From positions 70,773-134,772 of the forward strand of contig CAYNFP010000001.1 in NCBI GenBank assembly GCA_964396655.1: a stretch of DNA of 64,000 nucleotides, given 5' to 3'. This document shows positions 48,483 to 58,957 of this stretch, in pieces. Made by a program: the position numbers and the translations under genes. How positions within the stretch are numbered: position 1 is the first letter of the stretch; the number at the start of each line of letters is the position of its first letter. The notes beneath the pieces were generated by a model. It worked only from the letters and a program-made list of their open reading frames with translations. It had not been told where the DNA came from and made no database searches. Origin of the DNA: an uncultured Muribaculaceae bacterium. GTDB lineage: Bacteria > Bacillota_I > Bacilli_A > RF39 > UBA660.

Positions 48483-50225
48483 ATGAAAGAAAATAAATTT
48501 AGAAATTCTTTTTGTGGTACGGTCACAAAAGAGAAAGTAGGGCAAACCGTTAGATTATCTGGTTGGGTTGATTCAATTAGAAATTTAGGAAAATTATTAT
48601 TTATAGTATTAAGAGATGAAACTGGTACTATACAATTAATTACTGAAGATATTGAAAAATATTTAAATATTACTAGGGAATCAGTTATTAAATGTGAAGG
48701 TGTAGTAAGAGAAAGAACTAAAGAAATGATAAATCCTAATATGAAAACTGGTGAAGTTGAAGTATTAGTAAATTCTATTGAAATTTTAAGCGTATGTAAT
48801 AGTGTTTTACCATTTGAAATAAAGAATTCTCAAAGTGCTAATGAAGATACAAGATTAAAATATAGATTCTTAGATTTAAGAAATCCAATTGTTCATGATA
48901 ATATTTTATTTAGAACAGAGGTTATTGCATTTATAAGAGAAACAATGAAGGGGATGAATTTTACTGAAGTGCAAACCCCAATAATAACAGCATCTTCTCC
49001 GGAAGGAGCAAGAGACTTTATTGTTCCATCTAGAAAAAATAAAGGTAAATTTTATGCTTTACCTCAAGCACCTCAAATATTTAAACAATTATTAATGGTA
49101 AGTGGATTTAATAAATATTTTCAGATAGCGCCTTGCTTTAGAGATGAAGATCCTAGAAGTGATAGATTATATGGAGAGTTTTATCAATTGGACTTTGAAA
49201 TGTCTTTTGCAGAGCAAGAAGATGTATTTGAAGTAGGAGAAAAAGTATTTTATGATGTATTTACTAAATTTAGTAATAAGTATGTAACTCCTCGTCCATT
49301 TATAAGAATACCATTTAATGAAGCAATGCTAAAATATGGTAGTGATAAACCAGATTTAAGAAATCCTTTAATTATAACAGATTTAACAGATGTATTTAAA
49401 AATACTACTTTTGAACCTTTTAAAAATAATAAAATAAGAGGTATATTTGTAGATAATATTGAGAAGTCAAATTCTTGGTTTAATGAAATAGAAGAATATG
49501 CTAAAAGTATGGGTATGAAAGGTATATCAATACTTAGAGTTCAAGAAGATTTAACTTTTAAGGGTGGCCTTTCTAAATACTTAAGTGAAGAAGAAAATAA
49601 TGAATTAAAAAAATTATTTAATGTAAAAGTTAACGGTGCTTTATTTATAATAGCTGATAAAGAAAAAGCTAATAAATATGCTGGATTTATTAGAACTAAA
49701 CTTGGAGAATCTTTAGAATTATTAGATAAAACCAGATATGAATTTTGTATAATAAATGATTTCCCAATGTATGAATATAATGAAGAAACTGAATCTTATG
49801 ATTTTACTCACAATCCATTTACAATGCCACAAGGAGGAATGGATAGTTTACTTCATAAAGAAACCGGTGAAATATTAGCCTATCAATATGACTTTGTATG
49901 TAATGGTATAGAACTTGCAAGTGGCGGAGTAAGAAACTATAGTGTAGAAATACTTAAAAAAGCTTTTGAACTTGCAGGTTATGGAGAAGAAGAGGTCAAA
50001 AGAAGATTCACATCTTTATATAATGCATTTCAGTATGGAGCACCTCCACATGCAGGCATGGCTCCCGGAATAGATAGAATATTAATGTTGCTAAAAGACG
50101 AAGAAAATATTAGGGAAATGGTAGCATTCCCAATGAGCTCTAATGGATTAGACTTACTCATGGGAGCGCCTTCTGAAGTTAGCGAAAAACAACTTAGAGA
50201 AGCTCACATTAAAGTAAGAGATTAA
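48483..50225 (+). CDS. aspS: aspartyl-tRNA synthetase
   Basis: RLKYRFLDLR, PEGARDF, LPQAPQIFKQLLM, CFRDED, YGAPPHAG. Confidence 0.98.
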   Translation: MKENKFRNSFCGTVTKEKVGQTVRLSGWVDSIRNLGKLLFIVLRDETGTIQLITEDIEKYLNITRESVIKCEGVVRERTKEMINPNMKTGEVEVLVNSIEILSVCNSVLPFEIKNSQSANEDTRLKYRFLDLRNPIVHDNILFRTEVIAFIRETMKGMNFTEVQTPIITASSPEGARDFIVPSRKNKGKFYALPQAPQIFKQLLMVSGFNKYFQIAPCFRDEDPRSDRLYGEFYQLDFEMSFAEQEDVFEVGEKVFYDVFTKFSNKYVTPRPFIRIPFNEAMLKYGSDKPDLRNPLIITDLTDVFKNTTFEPFKNNKIRGIFVDNIEKSNSWFNEIEEYAKSMGMKGISILRVQEDLTFKGGLSKYLSEEENNELKKLFNVKVNGALFIIADKEKANKYAGFIRTKLGESLELLDKTRYEFCIINDFPMYEYNEETESYDFTHNPFTMPQGGMDSLLHKETGEILAYQYDFVCNGIELASGGVRNYSVEILKKAFELAGYGEEEVKRRFTSLYNAFQYGAPPHAGMAPGIDRILMLLKDEENIREMVAFPMSSNGLDLLMGAPSEVSEKQLREAHIKVRD

Positions 50226-50322
50226 TTTATAATAGAAATACACTTAATTTAAGTGTTTTTTCTTAAAATAATTGATTAAAATTCAGAATTTTTATATAAT
50301 TAGATTATAGGAAGGATTAATT

Positions 50323-51609
50323 ATGATAGATATAAATTTGATAAGAGAAAATAAAGAATTAGTAAAAGAAAATATTAAAAAGAAATTTCAGGATCATAAA
50401 TTATCCTTAGTAGATGAAATATATGATTTAGATATTAACTTTAGAAAGATTAAAACTGAAGCTGATAACACAAGAAGTGAAAAGAATCGTCTTAGTGATT
50501 CTATTGGTTCTTTAATGAGAGAAGGTAAAAAAGAAGAAGCAGAAAGTATTAAAACTAAAGTTTCTGAAATGAATAATAAAATATCTTCTTTAGAACTTGA
50601 AGAAGATGAACTAAGTAAAAAGATTAAAAAACTTATGTATCAGATACCAAATATAATAGATAAAAGTGTTCCGATTGGTAAAAATGATAGTGAGAATGTA
50701 GAAATCGAAAAATTTGGAGAACAAACTAAATATGATTTTGAAATACCATATCATACAGATATTTTAGAAAAATTAAATGGAATAGATTTGGATTCTGCAA
50801 GAAGAGTTTCTGGGAATGGATTTTATTATTTAACTGGGGATATTGCTAGACTTCATTCAGCAATACTTACTTATGCTAGAGATTTTATGATAGACAAAGG
50901 ATTCACTTATGTTATACCACCATTTATGATTCATGGAGAAGTAGTAGAAGATGTTATGAGTTTTGAAGAAATGGATAATATGATGTATAAAATAGAGGGT
51001 GAAGATTTATATCTGATTGGAACTAGTGAACATTCAATGATTGGTAGATATAAAGATACAATTCTTAATGAAAAAGAATTACCTTTAACTCTTACAAGCT
51101 ACAGTCCGTGTTTTAGAAAAGAAAAAGGAGCTCATGGTATAGAAGAAAGAGGAATATATAGAATTCATCAATTTGAAAAACAAGAAATGGTAGTTATATG
51201 TAAACCCGAAGAATCTATGAAATATTTTAATGATATGTGGAAATATACTGTAGAACTATTCAGAAGTTTAGATATTCCTGTTAGAACAATAGAGTGCTGT
51301 AGTGGTGATTTAGCGGATTTAAAAGTTAAATCATATGATGTAGAAGCTTGGTCTCCTCGTCAAAATAAATACTTTGAAGTTGGAAGTTGTTCTAATTTAG
51401 GAGATGCTCAATCAAGAAGACTTGGTATAAGAGTTATAGGAGATAATATTAAATATTATCCACATACTTTAAATAATACTGTAGTTGCACCACCTCGTAT
51501 GTTAATAGCATTCTTAGAAAATAATTTAAATGAGGACGGAAGTATAAATATCCCAGAATCTTTACAAAAATATATGGGAAATAAAAAGATTATAGGAGGA
51601 TTAAAATGA
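50323..51609 (+). CDS. serS: seryl-tRNA synthetase
   Basis: LIGTSEH, CFRKE.G, RIHQFEKQE, EVGSCSN, HTLNNT. Confidence 0.98.
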   Translation: MIDINLIRENKELVKENIKKKFQDHKLSLVDEIYDLDINFRKIKTEADNTRSEKNRLSDSIGSLMREGKKEEAESIKTKVSEMNNKISSLELEEDELSKKIKKLMYQIPNIIDKSVPIGKNDSENVEIEKFGEQTKYDFEIPYHTDILEKLNGIDLDSARRVSGNGFYYLTGDIARLHSAILTYARDFMIDKGFTYVIPPFMIHGEVVEDVMSFEEMDNMMYKIEGEDLYLIGTSEHSMIGRYKDTILNEKELPLTLTSYSPCFRKEKGAHGIEERGIYRIHQFEKQEMVVICKPEESMKYFNDMWKYTVELFRSLDIPVRTIECCSGDLADLKVKSYDVEAWSPRQNKYFEVGSCSNLGDAQSRRLGIRVIGDNIKYYPHTLNNTVVAPPRMLIAFLENNLNEDGSINIPESLQKYMGNKKIIGGLK

Positions 51610-51836
51610 GTTCAAATGCTCCAGAAGGAAAACAAAAAAGATACGATTTATTTAAAAGAATAAAAGCTTCTTTAGCAGTTAAAGAAGCTGAAAAAATAGC
51701 CATTGAAATGTATAATTTAGGAGTACAATATGCAAATGATGGTACCACATGGCCAGAAATAGAAGCTTTAGGTTATGATAACGAACCCGAATTTGTAAGG
51801 GGTTATAATGAAACACTTGAAAAATCAGGAGAGTAG
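51606..51836 (+). CDS. small hypothetical protein
   Basis: GGAGG RBS; ATG overlaps the end of serS. Confidence 0.65.
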   Translation: MSSNAPEGKQKRYDLFKRIKASLAVKEAEKIAIEMYNLGVQYANDGTTWPEIEALGYDNEPEFVRGYNETLEKSGE

Positions 51837-51901
51837 ATAAATACTCTTTTTTCTTTTGATATAAAAAAAAATATTAATCATATAATTTTTTAGGTGATTC
51901 T

Positions 51902-52729
51902 ATGAAAAAAATATTTCAATATATTGGTATATTATGTTTAACTGGATTTAGTTTTTATTATGCCAATAAAGTAGCAAAATTATTGAATGGCGAAGATACA
52001 GTTATGAAGAATATAAATGAATATGCACAAAAGTATGACACAAAATGTATTGAAGGTTATATTACTGATGAAGGTGTTGTTTTGGGAATAAGCGGACTTA
52101 TTGTAGATACTGAATCCAGTTATTCACAGATGAAAGGTATTGGTTTTGATACATCTTTAATTGATTATAAAGAAAATCCATGTGTTGTAAGTAAAACAAA
52201 TAATAAAGATAATTATATAATAAGGGGTAATGATTCAAAGAAATCAGTAAGTTTAATAATAAATATTACTAATGGAAAGAATTTAAAGAAAATAGTTGAA
52301 GTCACAAAAACTAAAAATGTTAATATTAGTTTTATGATAAATAATACTTTTTTAGAAAACAATAAAACATATATTTCTGAGTTAATAAATAGTAATTATG
52401 ATTTTTTATATAAAGGAGAATCTGAAGAAGAATTTAAACTATTTTTAAAAAATATAAAATCTATTAAAAAAGATATTGAAACATTTTGTATATATCAAAA
52501 CAGTGAAGATACATTAAATTACTGTTATAAAAATGATATTAACACAATAAAAGTAAGTAAAATATATTCTTCAAATTATTTATCAAATATTAAAACAGGT
52601 TTAAATAAAGGTGATTTTATAATAATGGATGAAAGTTCTGTTTTATCAACAGAAGTGGGAGTTATTATTAATTATATAAGATCAAGAGGATTAAAAGTTG
52701 TAACTATTACTAAACATTTATCTAATTAA
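51902..52729 (+). CDS. membrane-anchored polysaccharide-deacetylase-like protein (YlxY-like, catalytic motifs degenerate)
   Basis: N-terminal TM; IIRGNDSKKSVSLIIN; C-terminal YIRSRGLKVVTITKHL. Confidence 0.6.
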   Translation: MKKIFQYIGILCLTGFSFYYANKVAKLLNGEDTVMKNINEYAQKYDTKCIEGYITDEGVVLGISGLIVDTESSYSQMKGIGFDTSLIDYKENPCVVSKTNNKDNYIIRGNDSKKSVSLIINITNGKNLKKIVEVTKTKNVNISFMINNTFLENNKTYISELINSNYDFLYKGESEEEFKLFLKNIKSIKKDIETFCIYQNSEDTLNYCYKNDINTIKVSKIYSSNYLSNIKTGLNKGDFIIMDESSVLSTEVGVIINYIRSRGLKVVTITKHLSN

Positions 52730-52787
52730 AATTTGATTGAAATATTAAAAAAATTATGATATTTTATAGTAGAGGTGAATTTGTATT

Positions 52788-53315
52788 ATGGCAATTCAAG
52801 GAAACAAAAAAAATATTGTTAAATTAATATTAGAGCAAGAAATTGAAGAAAGAGATGAACAGGAATTAATTGATCTTATTGTAGATAAACCAGTAGCGGT
52901 AGATATAGATAAGCAAGAAGAAGCCAATATGACTAAAGGGGATAGAATGGCTGATCTTATAGCCGAAAAAGCAGGTAGTTGGACATTCATTATAACTTTT
53001 GCGTCATTTCTATTTATTTGGATAGTTGTTAATACTCTTATTATGAGAGATGCAGCTGACCCATATCCATTTATACTTCTTAATTTAATTTTGTCTTGTA
53101 TCGCAGCTATGCAAGCACCAGTTATTATGATGAGTCAAAACAGACAATCAAAAAAGGATAGCCTTAGAAACAAAAATGATTATCATGTTGATTTAAAAAG
53201 CGAATTAATATTAGAAGAATTATATATACACACTGAACAAATTCTTGCAAATCAAAAAAAGATATTAAAGTATATTGAAGAAACACAAGCAAAAGAAGAA
53301 GTAGATAAAAAATAA
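52788..53315 (+). CDS. DUF1003 membrane protein
   Basis: GSWTFI, DPYPFILLNL.LSCIAA.QAPVIMMSQNRQ. Confidence 0.92.
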   Translation: MAIQGNKKNIVKLILEQEIEERDEQELIDLIVDKPVAVDIDKQEEANMTKGDRMADLIAEKAGSWTFIITFASFLFIWIVVNTLIMRDAADPYPFILLNLILSCIAAMQAPVIMMSQNRQSKKDSLRNKNDYHVDLKSELILEELYIHTEQILANQKKILKYIEETQAKEEVDKK

Positions 53316-53463
53316 AATTATGACAAATAATTTTATTTTTTTACATTTGCTTTACAAAAACAGTTGATTTTTGTACAAATGATTACTATAATCTACTTAT
53401 AAGGTAGTATAAAGTGCTACATATAAAATATTTTTTTATAAATTAAATTTAGGAGGGTTAAAT

Positions 53464-54564
53464 ATGGAAAAACCAAAAAAAACAAACTTTAAAAAACCAA
53501 TTTCTTCAAAAGAAGAAAAATTTATTGAAGAGGAAGATAACAAAAAATCAATTATTTTAATTATTGTTGCTATAATAGCAGTATTAGGATTAATATTTGC
53601 TTCAATTTTCTTGTTTAATGAAAAAGAAAAGAAAGATAATGATGATAATAAAGTTGATATAAAGATTCCTGAAGATGAGGAAGACGAAACTGAAGAAGTA
53701 GAAAAAGTGACAAGTAAGACAGTAGCGGAAGTAGAATCATATAAAGTTATTTATTTAGACAGAGATGCTAAACAAATTGGAGAAACACAAGAAGTATTAA
53801 AATTAGAAGATAGAGTTGATGAAGAGGCTCCTATTGTTGTTGGATATAGATTCCAAGAATGGGTAGAGTATTATGATTCAACTGAAGATATTTATTATTA
53901 TATTCCAGTTTATAGACAAAATGTTGAAAGAATTCCAGTAACCGAAGAACCTTATTTAGATGAAGAAGATTCAGTTAGTGAAGATACTTACAAAGTAGCA
54001 ATTACTAAAGTAGAAGAGCCTAATGGAACAATAACAAATTATGAAAAAGATGGAACTAAAACAACCGAAACAGCAGAAGAAGGAACAGAAGTAGAAAGTC
54101 CAACTTATACAGTTGAAGTAACCGGAGAGGTTGAAGAATTATCAAATGAAGAAATTGATGAGCAAGTTTCAATAGATGAACAATATAATCATATAATTGC
54201 TTTAAGATTTAATGCACCAGTTGGAACTACAAAAGAAAATATTGATAAAATGACTATTAAAGTATCAGCAACAAATCCAGAGGAAACTCTTGAAGCAGAT
54301 CAATATTACTATAATGGAGAAGATGGAACTCTTACAGGAAAAGATTTACTTGATAGTACAGATGAAGAATACGAAAATGGAGAATTTTATTTCTACTACT
54401 ATCAAGAAGTAGATACACAGACTAATGCAACTGTAGAAGTATATTGGGGAAATGATCCACAAGAAGATTTAACAGCAACTCCACCAGTAGAAGCAAAACC
54501 AGAATATACAGAAGTATATAATGTAGATGTATCTGGTGTAACAACAGAAGAAATTCCAGAATAA
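53464..54564 (+). CDS. membrane-anchored acidic surface protein
   Basis: TM IILIIVAIIAVLGLIFASIFLF then E/D/T-rich domain; AGGAGG RBS. Confidence 0.75.
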   Translation: MEKPKKTNFKKPISSKEEKFIEEEDNKKSIILIIVAIIAVLGLIFASIFLFNEKEKKDNDDNKVDIKIPEDEEDETEEVEKVTSKTVAEVESYKVIYLDRDAKQIGETQEVLKLEDRVDEEAPIVVGYRFQEWVEYYDSTEDIYYYIPVYRQNVERIPVTEEPYLDEEDSVSEDTYKVAITKVEEPNGTITNYEKDGTKTTETAEEGTEVESPTYTVEVTGEVEELSNEEIDEQVSIDEQYNHIIALRFNAPVGTTKENIDKMTIKVSATNPEETLEADQYYYNGEDGTLTGKDLLDSTDEEYENGEFYFYYYQEVDTQTNATVEVYWGNDPQEDLTATPPVEAKPEYTEVYNVDVSGVTTEEIPE

Positions 54565-54569
54565 AAATT

Positions 54570-54591
54570 AAAACTCACTTAGTGAGTTTTT
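54570..54591 (+). terminator. intrinsic terminator
   Basis: AAAACTCAC-TTA-GTGAGTTTT. Confidence 0.7.
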
Positions 54592-54660
54592 AAATTATTA
54601 ACAAATGATTATTGACTATATAATATTCTTAAAATATAATAATGTTGAAGGTGGTTAAAA

Positions 54661-54873
54661 ATGAAAATAGTAGAAGATTTATCAAAATATAATAATAAAC
54701 AAATTAAGCAATTGAAATTAGGAAAAGATTATGGAATTGATATAAGATGTTATATGAATCCATTAATTCCTTCTTTTATTATGGAGAGGCGTAGATTAGA
54801 TTTAGAATGTTCAAAGGCTTATAATAAAAAATTAGAAAAAGAGATATCTGATTATGTAAGAAGATTAAATTAG
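54661..54873 (+). CDS. small hypothetical protein
   Basis: AAGGTGG RBS; Q..QLKLG...GIDI..Y.NP....FIME pattern. Confidence 0.6.
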   Translation: MKIVEDLSKYNNKQIKQLKLGKDYGIDIRCYMNPLIPSFIMERRRLDLECSKAYNKKLEKEISDYVRRLN

Positions 54874-54955
54874 AAATAAATAAACTCGCTAAGTCGAGTT
54901 TTTTTGTATTCTTGTAATATTATTTATATTAATATATAATTAAATTGAGGAAATT

Positions 54956-55594
54956 ATGGAAGTAGTTATAGATGGAGAGTCATATAAAGTTAATATAATT
55001 AAAAAAAATAACAAAAATACTTATTTAAGAGTTAAAAGTGATTTGGAAATTTATATAACTACAAATTATTTAATGTCTAGTAATGAAGTAATTAAATTTA
55101 TAACCAATAATAAGTCTAGTGTAATAGAAATGGTTAATAGGCAGAAAATTAAAAATAAAAAAGAAGATTTATTTTATTATTTAGGTAAAGAGTATGATAT
55201 AGTTATTTGCAATTCAATTAAAAAAGTTCTTATAGATGATAATAAAATATATATAGATAATAAAAGTAAATTAAATAAATTTTTAAAAGAAGAATCTAAA
55301 AAGATATTTAATGAAAGACTAAAATATAATTATGATAAATTTGAAGAAAGAATACCTTATCCAAGTTTGAAAATAAGAAATATGAAAGCTAAATGGGGTT
55401 ATTGTAGAAAATCTGGTAGTGTAGTGATGCTTAACTTTAATTTAATTAAATATAGCATTGATGAGATTGATTATGTAATAGTTCATGAGTTATGCCATTT
55501 TCTTGAATTTAATCATTCAAAAAGATTTTGGTACTATGTAACAAAATATAAACCAGATTATAAAATTAATAGAAAAGTTTTAAGGGAAGAATAG
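54956..55594 (+). CDS. YgjP/DUF45-family metal-dependent hydrolase
   Basis: MKAKWGYC, YVIVHELCH, NHSKRFW. Confidence 0.9.
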   Translation: MEVVIDGESYKVNIIKKNNKNTYLRVKSDLEIYITTNYLMSSNEVIKFITNNKSSVIEMVNRQKIKNKKEDLFYYLGKEYDIVICNSIKKVLIDDNKIYIDNKSKLNKFLKEESKKIFNERLKYNYDKFEERIPYPSLKIRNMKAKWGYCRKSGSVVMLNFNLIKYSIDEIDYVIVHELCHFLEFNHSKRFWYYVTKYKPDYKINRKVLREE

Positions 55595-55645
55595 TTGTGT
55601 TATAATTTAATATAAGTATGAAAAACTTGATAAAGGAGTATTTTT

Positions 55646-56491
55646 ATGAACATTATTAAAAAATTAAAATCAAATGATGGCGTTTGTATTAAATATCTAC
55701 AAAAGACTAAAGATGATTTCATTGTTGAAACTGCTTTTGTTGATTATGTAAATAAATATATTATATGTTTTTCTTCTCAATTAGGATGTCCTATAGGGTG
55801 TGCTATGTGCTATAATGGGATTTCTAAAAAATTTTATAGAAATTTATCTAAAGAAGAAATAATTGAACAATGTATAAATGTAATAGAAGATAATGAATTA
55901 AAAGAAAATAAACCAATTTTATTTGGGTGTATGGGAGTTGGAGAACCTTTTCTAAATTATATTAATGTAATAAATTCAATAAAAAATTTAGATAAAAAAT
56001 ATCCTAATTCAAAATTTGCAATCGCAACCACAGGAATAGATTTATCAAAATTTTCTTGTTTGTTGGAAGATTTAAAAGATATCAAAAATTTTAAACTTAC
56101 TATATCATTACATGGTTCAAATCAGAAAGTTAGAAACAAATTGATACCAACTAAAACAAGTTTAAAAGAATTAGTAAAAGAAGTAAAAAAATATGAGGAA
56201 CTTAGTAAAAATAAAGTTGAATGGAATTATATCTTACTTGAAAATATTAATGATTCAATAAAAGACGCATTAGAACTTTGCGATTTACTTGATTCTGGTT
56301 CATATATAAAAATAAATCATTATAATAAAATTGAAGGAATAGATTTTGAGCAGAGTAAAAACATTAAAGATTTTATGAATATATTAGAAGAAAAAGGGTT
56401 AATTTGTGAGTATTATGAAACTAATGGAGAAGATATTAATGCAGCTTGTGGTCAAATGGCTTCATATGAATACGAGAAAATAAATAAATAG
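55646..56491 (+). CDS. RlmN/Cfr-like radical SAM protein (short form)
   Basis: ICFSSQLGCPIGCAMC, MGVGEP, ISLH, DINAACGQM. Confidence 0.85.
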   Translation: MNIIKKLKSNDGVCIKYLQKTKDDFIVETAFVDYVNKYIICFSSQLGCPIGCAMCYNGISKKFYRNLSKEEIIEQCINVIEDNELKENKPILFGCMGVGEPFLNYINVINSIKNLDKKYPNSKFAIATTGIDLSKFSCLLEDLKDIKNFKLTISLHGSNQKVRNKLIPTKTSLKELVKEVKKYEELSKNKVEWNYILLENINDSIKDALELCDLLDSGSYIKINHYNKIEGIDFEQSKNIKDFMNILEEKGLICEYYETNGEDINAACGQMASYEYEKINK

Positions 56492-56503
56492 AATAGAGGT
56501 TAT

Positions 56504-57232
56504 ATGATAGATTCAATTAAAAATGAAAAAATTAAATATTTAAAAAGTCTTAGAAATAATAAAAATATTAAAGAAGAATGTAAATTCTTAGTTGAAGGAT
56601 TTCATTTAGTGAATGAAGCTATAAAAGAAGGTATAGTTATAGAAATTTTTATACTTGAGAATACAAATATTAATTTTAATGGTAAAACAACTATTATAAA
56701 TGAGAATGTAATGAAATTTTTAACTACTTTAGAAAGTATTACTCCTGTAATTGCGTTATGCAAAACATTTGATTATGAAGTTAAACCTTATAAAAGAGTT
56801 GTTTTGATAGATGGAATTCAAGATCCTGGAAATGTTGGAACTATAATTAGAAGTGCTGTTGCTTTTAATGTAGATGCAATCGTTTTTAGTGAAGATTCTG
56901 TAAATATATATAATGAGAAACTTATAAGATCTTCACAAGGAATGTTTTTCAAAATTAAATTAATTAAAACTAATTTAATAAATTATATAAAATTACTAAA
57001 AGAGAATAACATTAGAATATATGGAACAGATTTAAAAGGAAGCATTAAGTTTAGTGAAGTAAAAATTCCTGAGAATTATGCTTTAGTATTAGGTAATGAA
57101 GGAGCAGGAGTAAGAAAAGAAATATTAGACTTATGTGATGAAAGAATATTAATTGAAATGAAAGATGATTGTGAAAGTTTAAATGTTGGTATATCAGCAG
57201 GAATTATTCTTTATAATTGGAGGTCATTATGA
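56504..57232 (+). CDS. TrmH/SpoU RNA methyltransferase
   Basis: IQDPGNVGTIIRSA, LGNEGAG, ESLNV. Confidence 0.93.
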   Translation: MIDSIKNEKIKYLKSLRNNKNIKEECKFLVEGFHLVNEAIKEGIVIEIFILENTNINFNGKTTIINENVMKFLTTLESITPVIALCKTFDYEVKPYKRVVLIDGIQDPGNVGTIIRSAVAFNVDAIVFSEDSVNIYNEKLIRSSQGMFFKIKLIKTNLINYIKLLKENNIRIYGTDLKGSIKFSEVKIPENYALVLGNEGAGVRKEILDLCDERILIEMKDDCESLNVGISAGIILYNWRSL

Positions 57233-57708
57233 GAATACTACCTATAGGGATTCTTGTTAATACTCACGGACTTAAAGGAGAAGTTAGAATAATAAGTAAT
57301 TTTGAATATAAAGACAGAATATTTAAAATTGGAAATCATTTATTAGTTGGAGAAAATCATAAAGAATTGATAATTAGTAGTTATAGAAGACATAAAAATT
57401 ATGATATGGTTACTTTTGAAGGATATGACTCAATAAATGAAGTAAATATTTTTAAAGGTATGAAAGTATATTATGATATAGATACATTAAAATTAAATGA
57501 TAATGAATATTTAGATAATGATTTAATAGGATTAGATGCTTATTTTAAAGATAAAGTTATTGGTAAAATAAATAGTATAGAAATTAATAGTAATAGAAAA
57601 TTATTTGTTATTAATGATAAATTAATACCATATAATGAGAATTTTATAGAACTAATAGATATTAAAAATAAGAGAATTATATTGAAAAATTTAGAGGGTT
57701 TGGTATAA
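57229..57708 (+). CDS. rimM: ribosome maturation factor RimM
   Basis: IG..VNTHGLKGEVRI; upstream of trmD; ATGA overlap with the TrmH gene. Confidence 0.92.
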   Translation: MRILPIGILVNTHGLKGEVRIISNFEYKDRIFKIGNHLLVGENHKELIISSYRRHKNYDMVTFEGYDSINEVNIFKGMKVYYDIDTLKLNDNEYLDNDLIGLDAYFKDKVIGKINSIEINSNRKLFVINDKLIPYNENFIELIDIKNKRIILKNLEGLV

Positions 57709-57756
57709 TATATAACCAAGAAACCACAAATAAATTAGAATTTTGGAAGTGATAAT

Positions 57757-58428
57757 ATGAAAATTGATATTTTGACTCTTTTTCCTACAATGTTTGAAGG
57801 TTTTTTATCTGAAAGCATAATTAAAAGAGCAATTCAAAAGAAATTAGTATCAATTAATTTAATTAATATTAGAGACTTTACTCCATATAAAAATAATCAA
57901 GTAGATGATTATGCATATGGTGGCGGTTCTGGTATGATACTTATGTGTGAACCTGTTTATAATGCTTTAAAAAATGTTAAGAAAAGGAATTCCAAAGTTA
58001 TTTTAATGACACCTAGAGGTAAAACTTTTAATCAAGAAAAAGCTATGGAATTCAAAAAAAATAAACATATAATTATTATTTGTGGACATTATGAAGGATT
58101 TGATGAAAGAATTACTAGTTTTGTAGATGAAGAAATAAGTATAGGAGATTTTGTTTTAACTGGAGGAGAAATACCTGCGATGGCAATAACTGACACTGTA
58201 GTTAGATTAATTGATGGAGTAATAACAAAAGAAAGCCTTGAAAGTGAATCGTTTAACGATGGATTATTAGATTATCCAGTTTATACTAAACCAAGAAAAT
58301 TTAAAAGAATTGAAGTTCCTGAAGTATTATTAAGCGGAGATCATAAAAAAATAAAAGAATATAGAGAATCAGAAAGAAAAAGAATAACTTCTATTTATAG
58401 AAAAGATTTAATGGGGGATAAAAAATGA
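57757..58428 (+). CDS. trmD: tRNA (guanine37-N1)-methyltransferase
   Basis: VDD..YGGG.GM, CGHYEGFDER, SIGDFVLTGGE. Confidence 0.97.
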   Translation: MKIDILTLFPTMFEGFLSESIIKRAIQKKLVSINLINIRDFTPYKNNQVDDYAYGGGSGMILMCEPVYNALKNVKKRNSKVILMTPRGKTFNQEKAMEFKKNKHIIIICGHYEGFDERITSFVDEEISIGDFVLTGGEIPAMAITDTVVRLIDGVITKESLESESFNDGLLDYPVYTKPRKFKRIEVPEVLLSGDHKKIKEYRESERKRITSIYRKDLMGDKK

Positions 58429-58868
58429 AATATATTTTAGATAACAAAAGTGATGCGATTAATTCTATAACAGAAAATGATATAAAAGGTTTAGAAATTA
58501 AGTCTTCTAATTCTGATAATGTACTTAAGGCAGAAAAAATTACTATAGTCGATGATGAATTAAAAGGTTTATATATAAAACAAAAAATAGATAAAAAAAT
58601 AATTGAAATAATTACAAAGATGAGATATTTATTAGAAAATAATGACACTAGTGATGGTGATATTGGAATGGTTCTTGATGAAGTCCAAAAGTTAAAAGGT
58701 ATTATAATAAATAAATATAAGGAACATTTAAGCGCTACTGAATATAAAGCTTTTTTACAAAAAATATTATTAACAGAAGAAGAATTTCAAAGAAAATATA
58801 ATGCAAGACAAATATATAAAGAAATGCTTATGGAAGATTTTAATGAAAATATGGGCAAAGGAAGATAA
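58425..58868 (+). CDS. hypothetical protein
   Basis: 147-aa ORF overlapping the end of trmD. Confidence 0.65.
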   Translation: MKYILDNKSDAINSITENDIKGLEIKSSNSDNVLKAEKITIVDDELKGLYIKQKIDKKIIEIITKMRYLLENNDTSDGDIGMVLDEVQKLKGIIINKYKEHLSATEYKAFLQKILLTEEEFQRKYNARQIYKEMLMEDFNENMGKGR

Positions 58869-58957
58869 TAATTTATTAAAAATATATGTTATATATAAAA
58901 TATAATTGACAAAAATTTTATTTTATAATATTATTGAGTTTGTAGTGGGGGATATTT

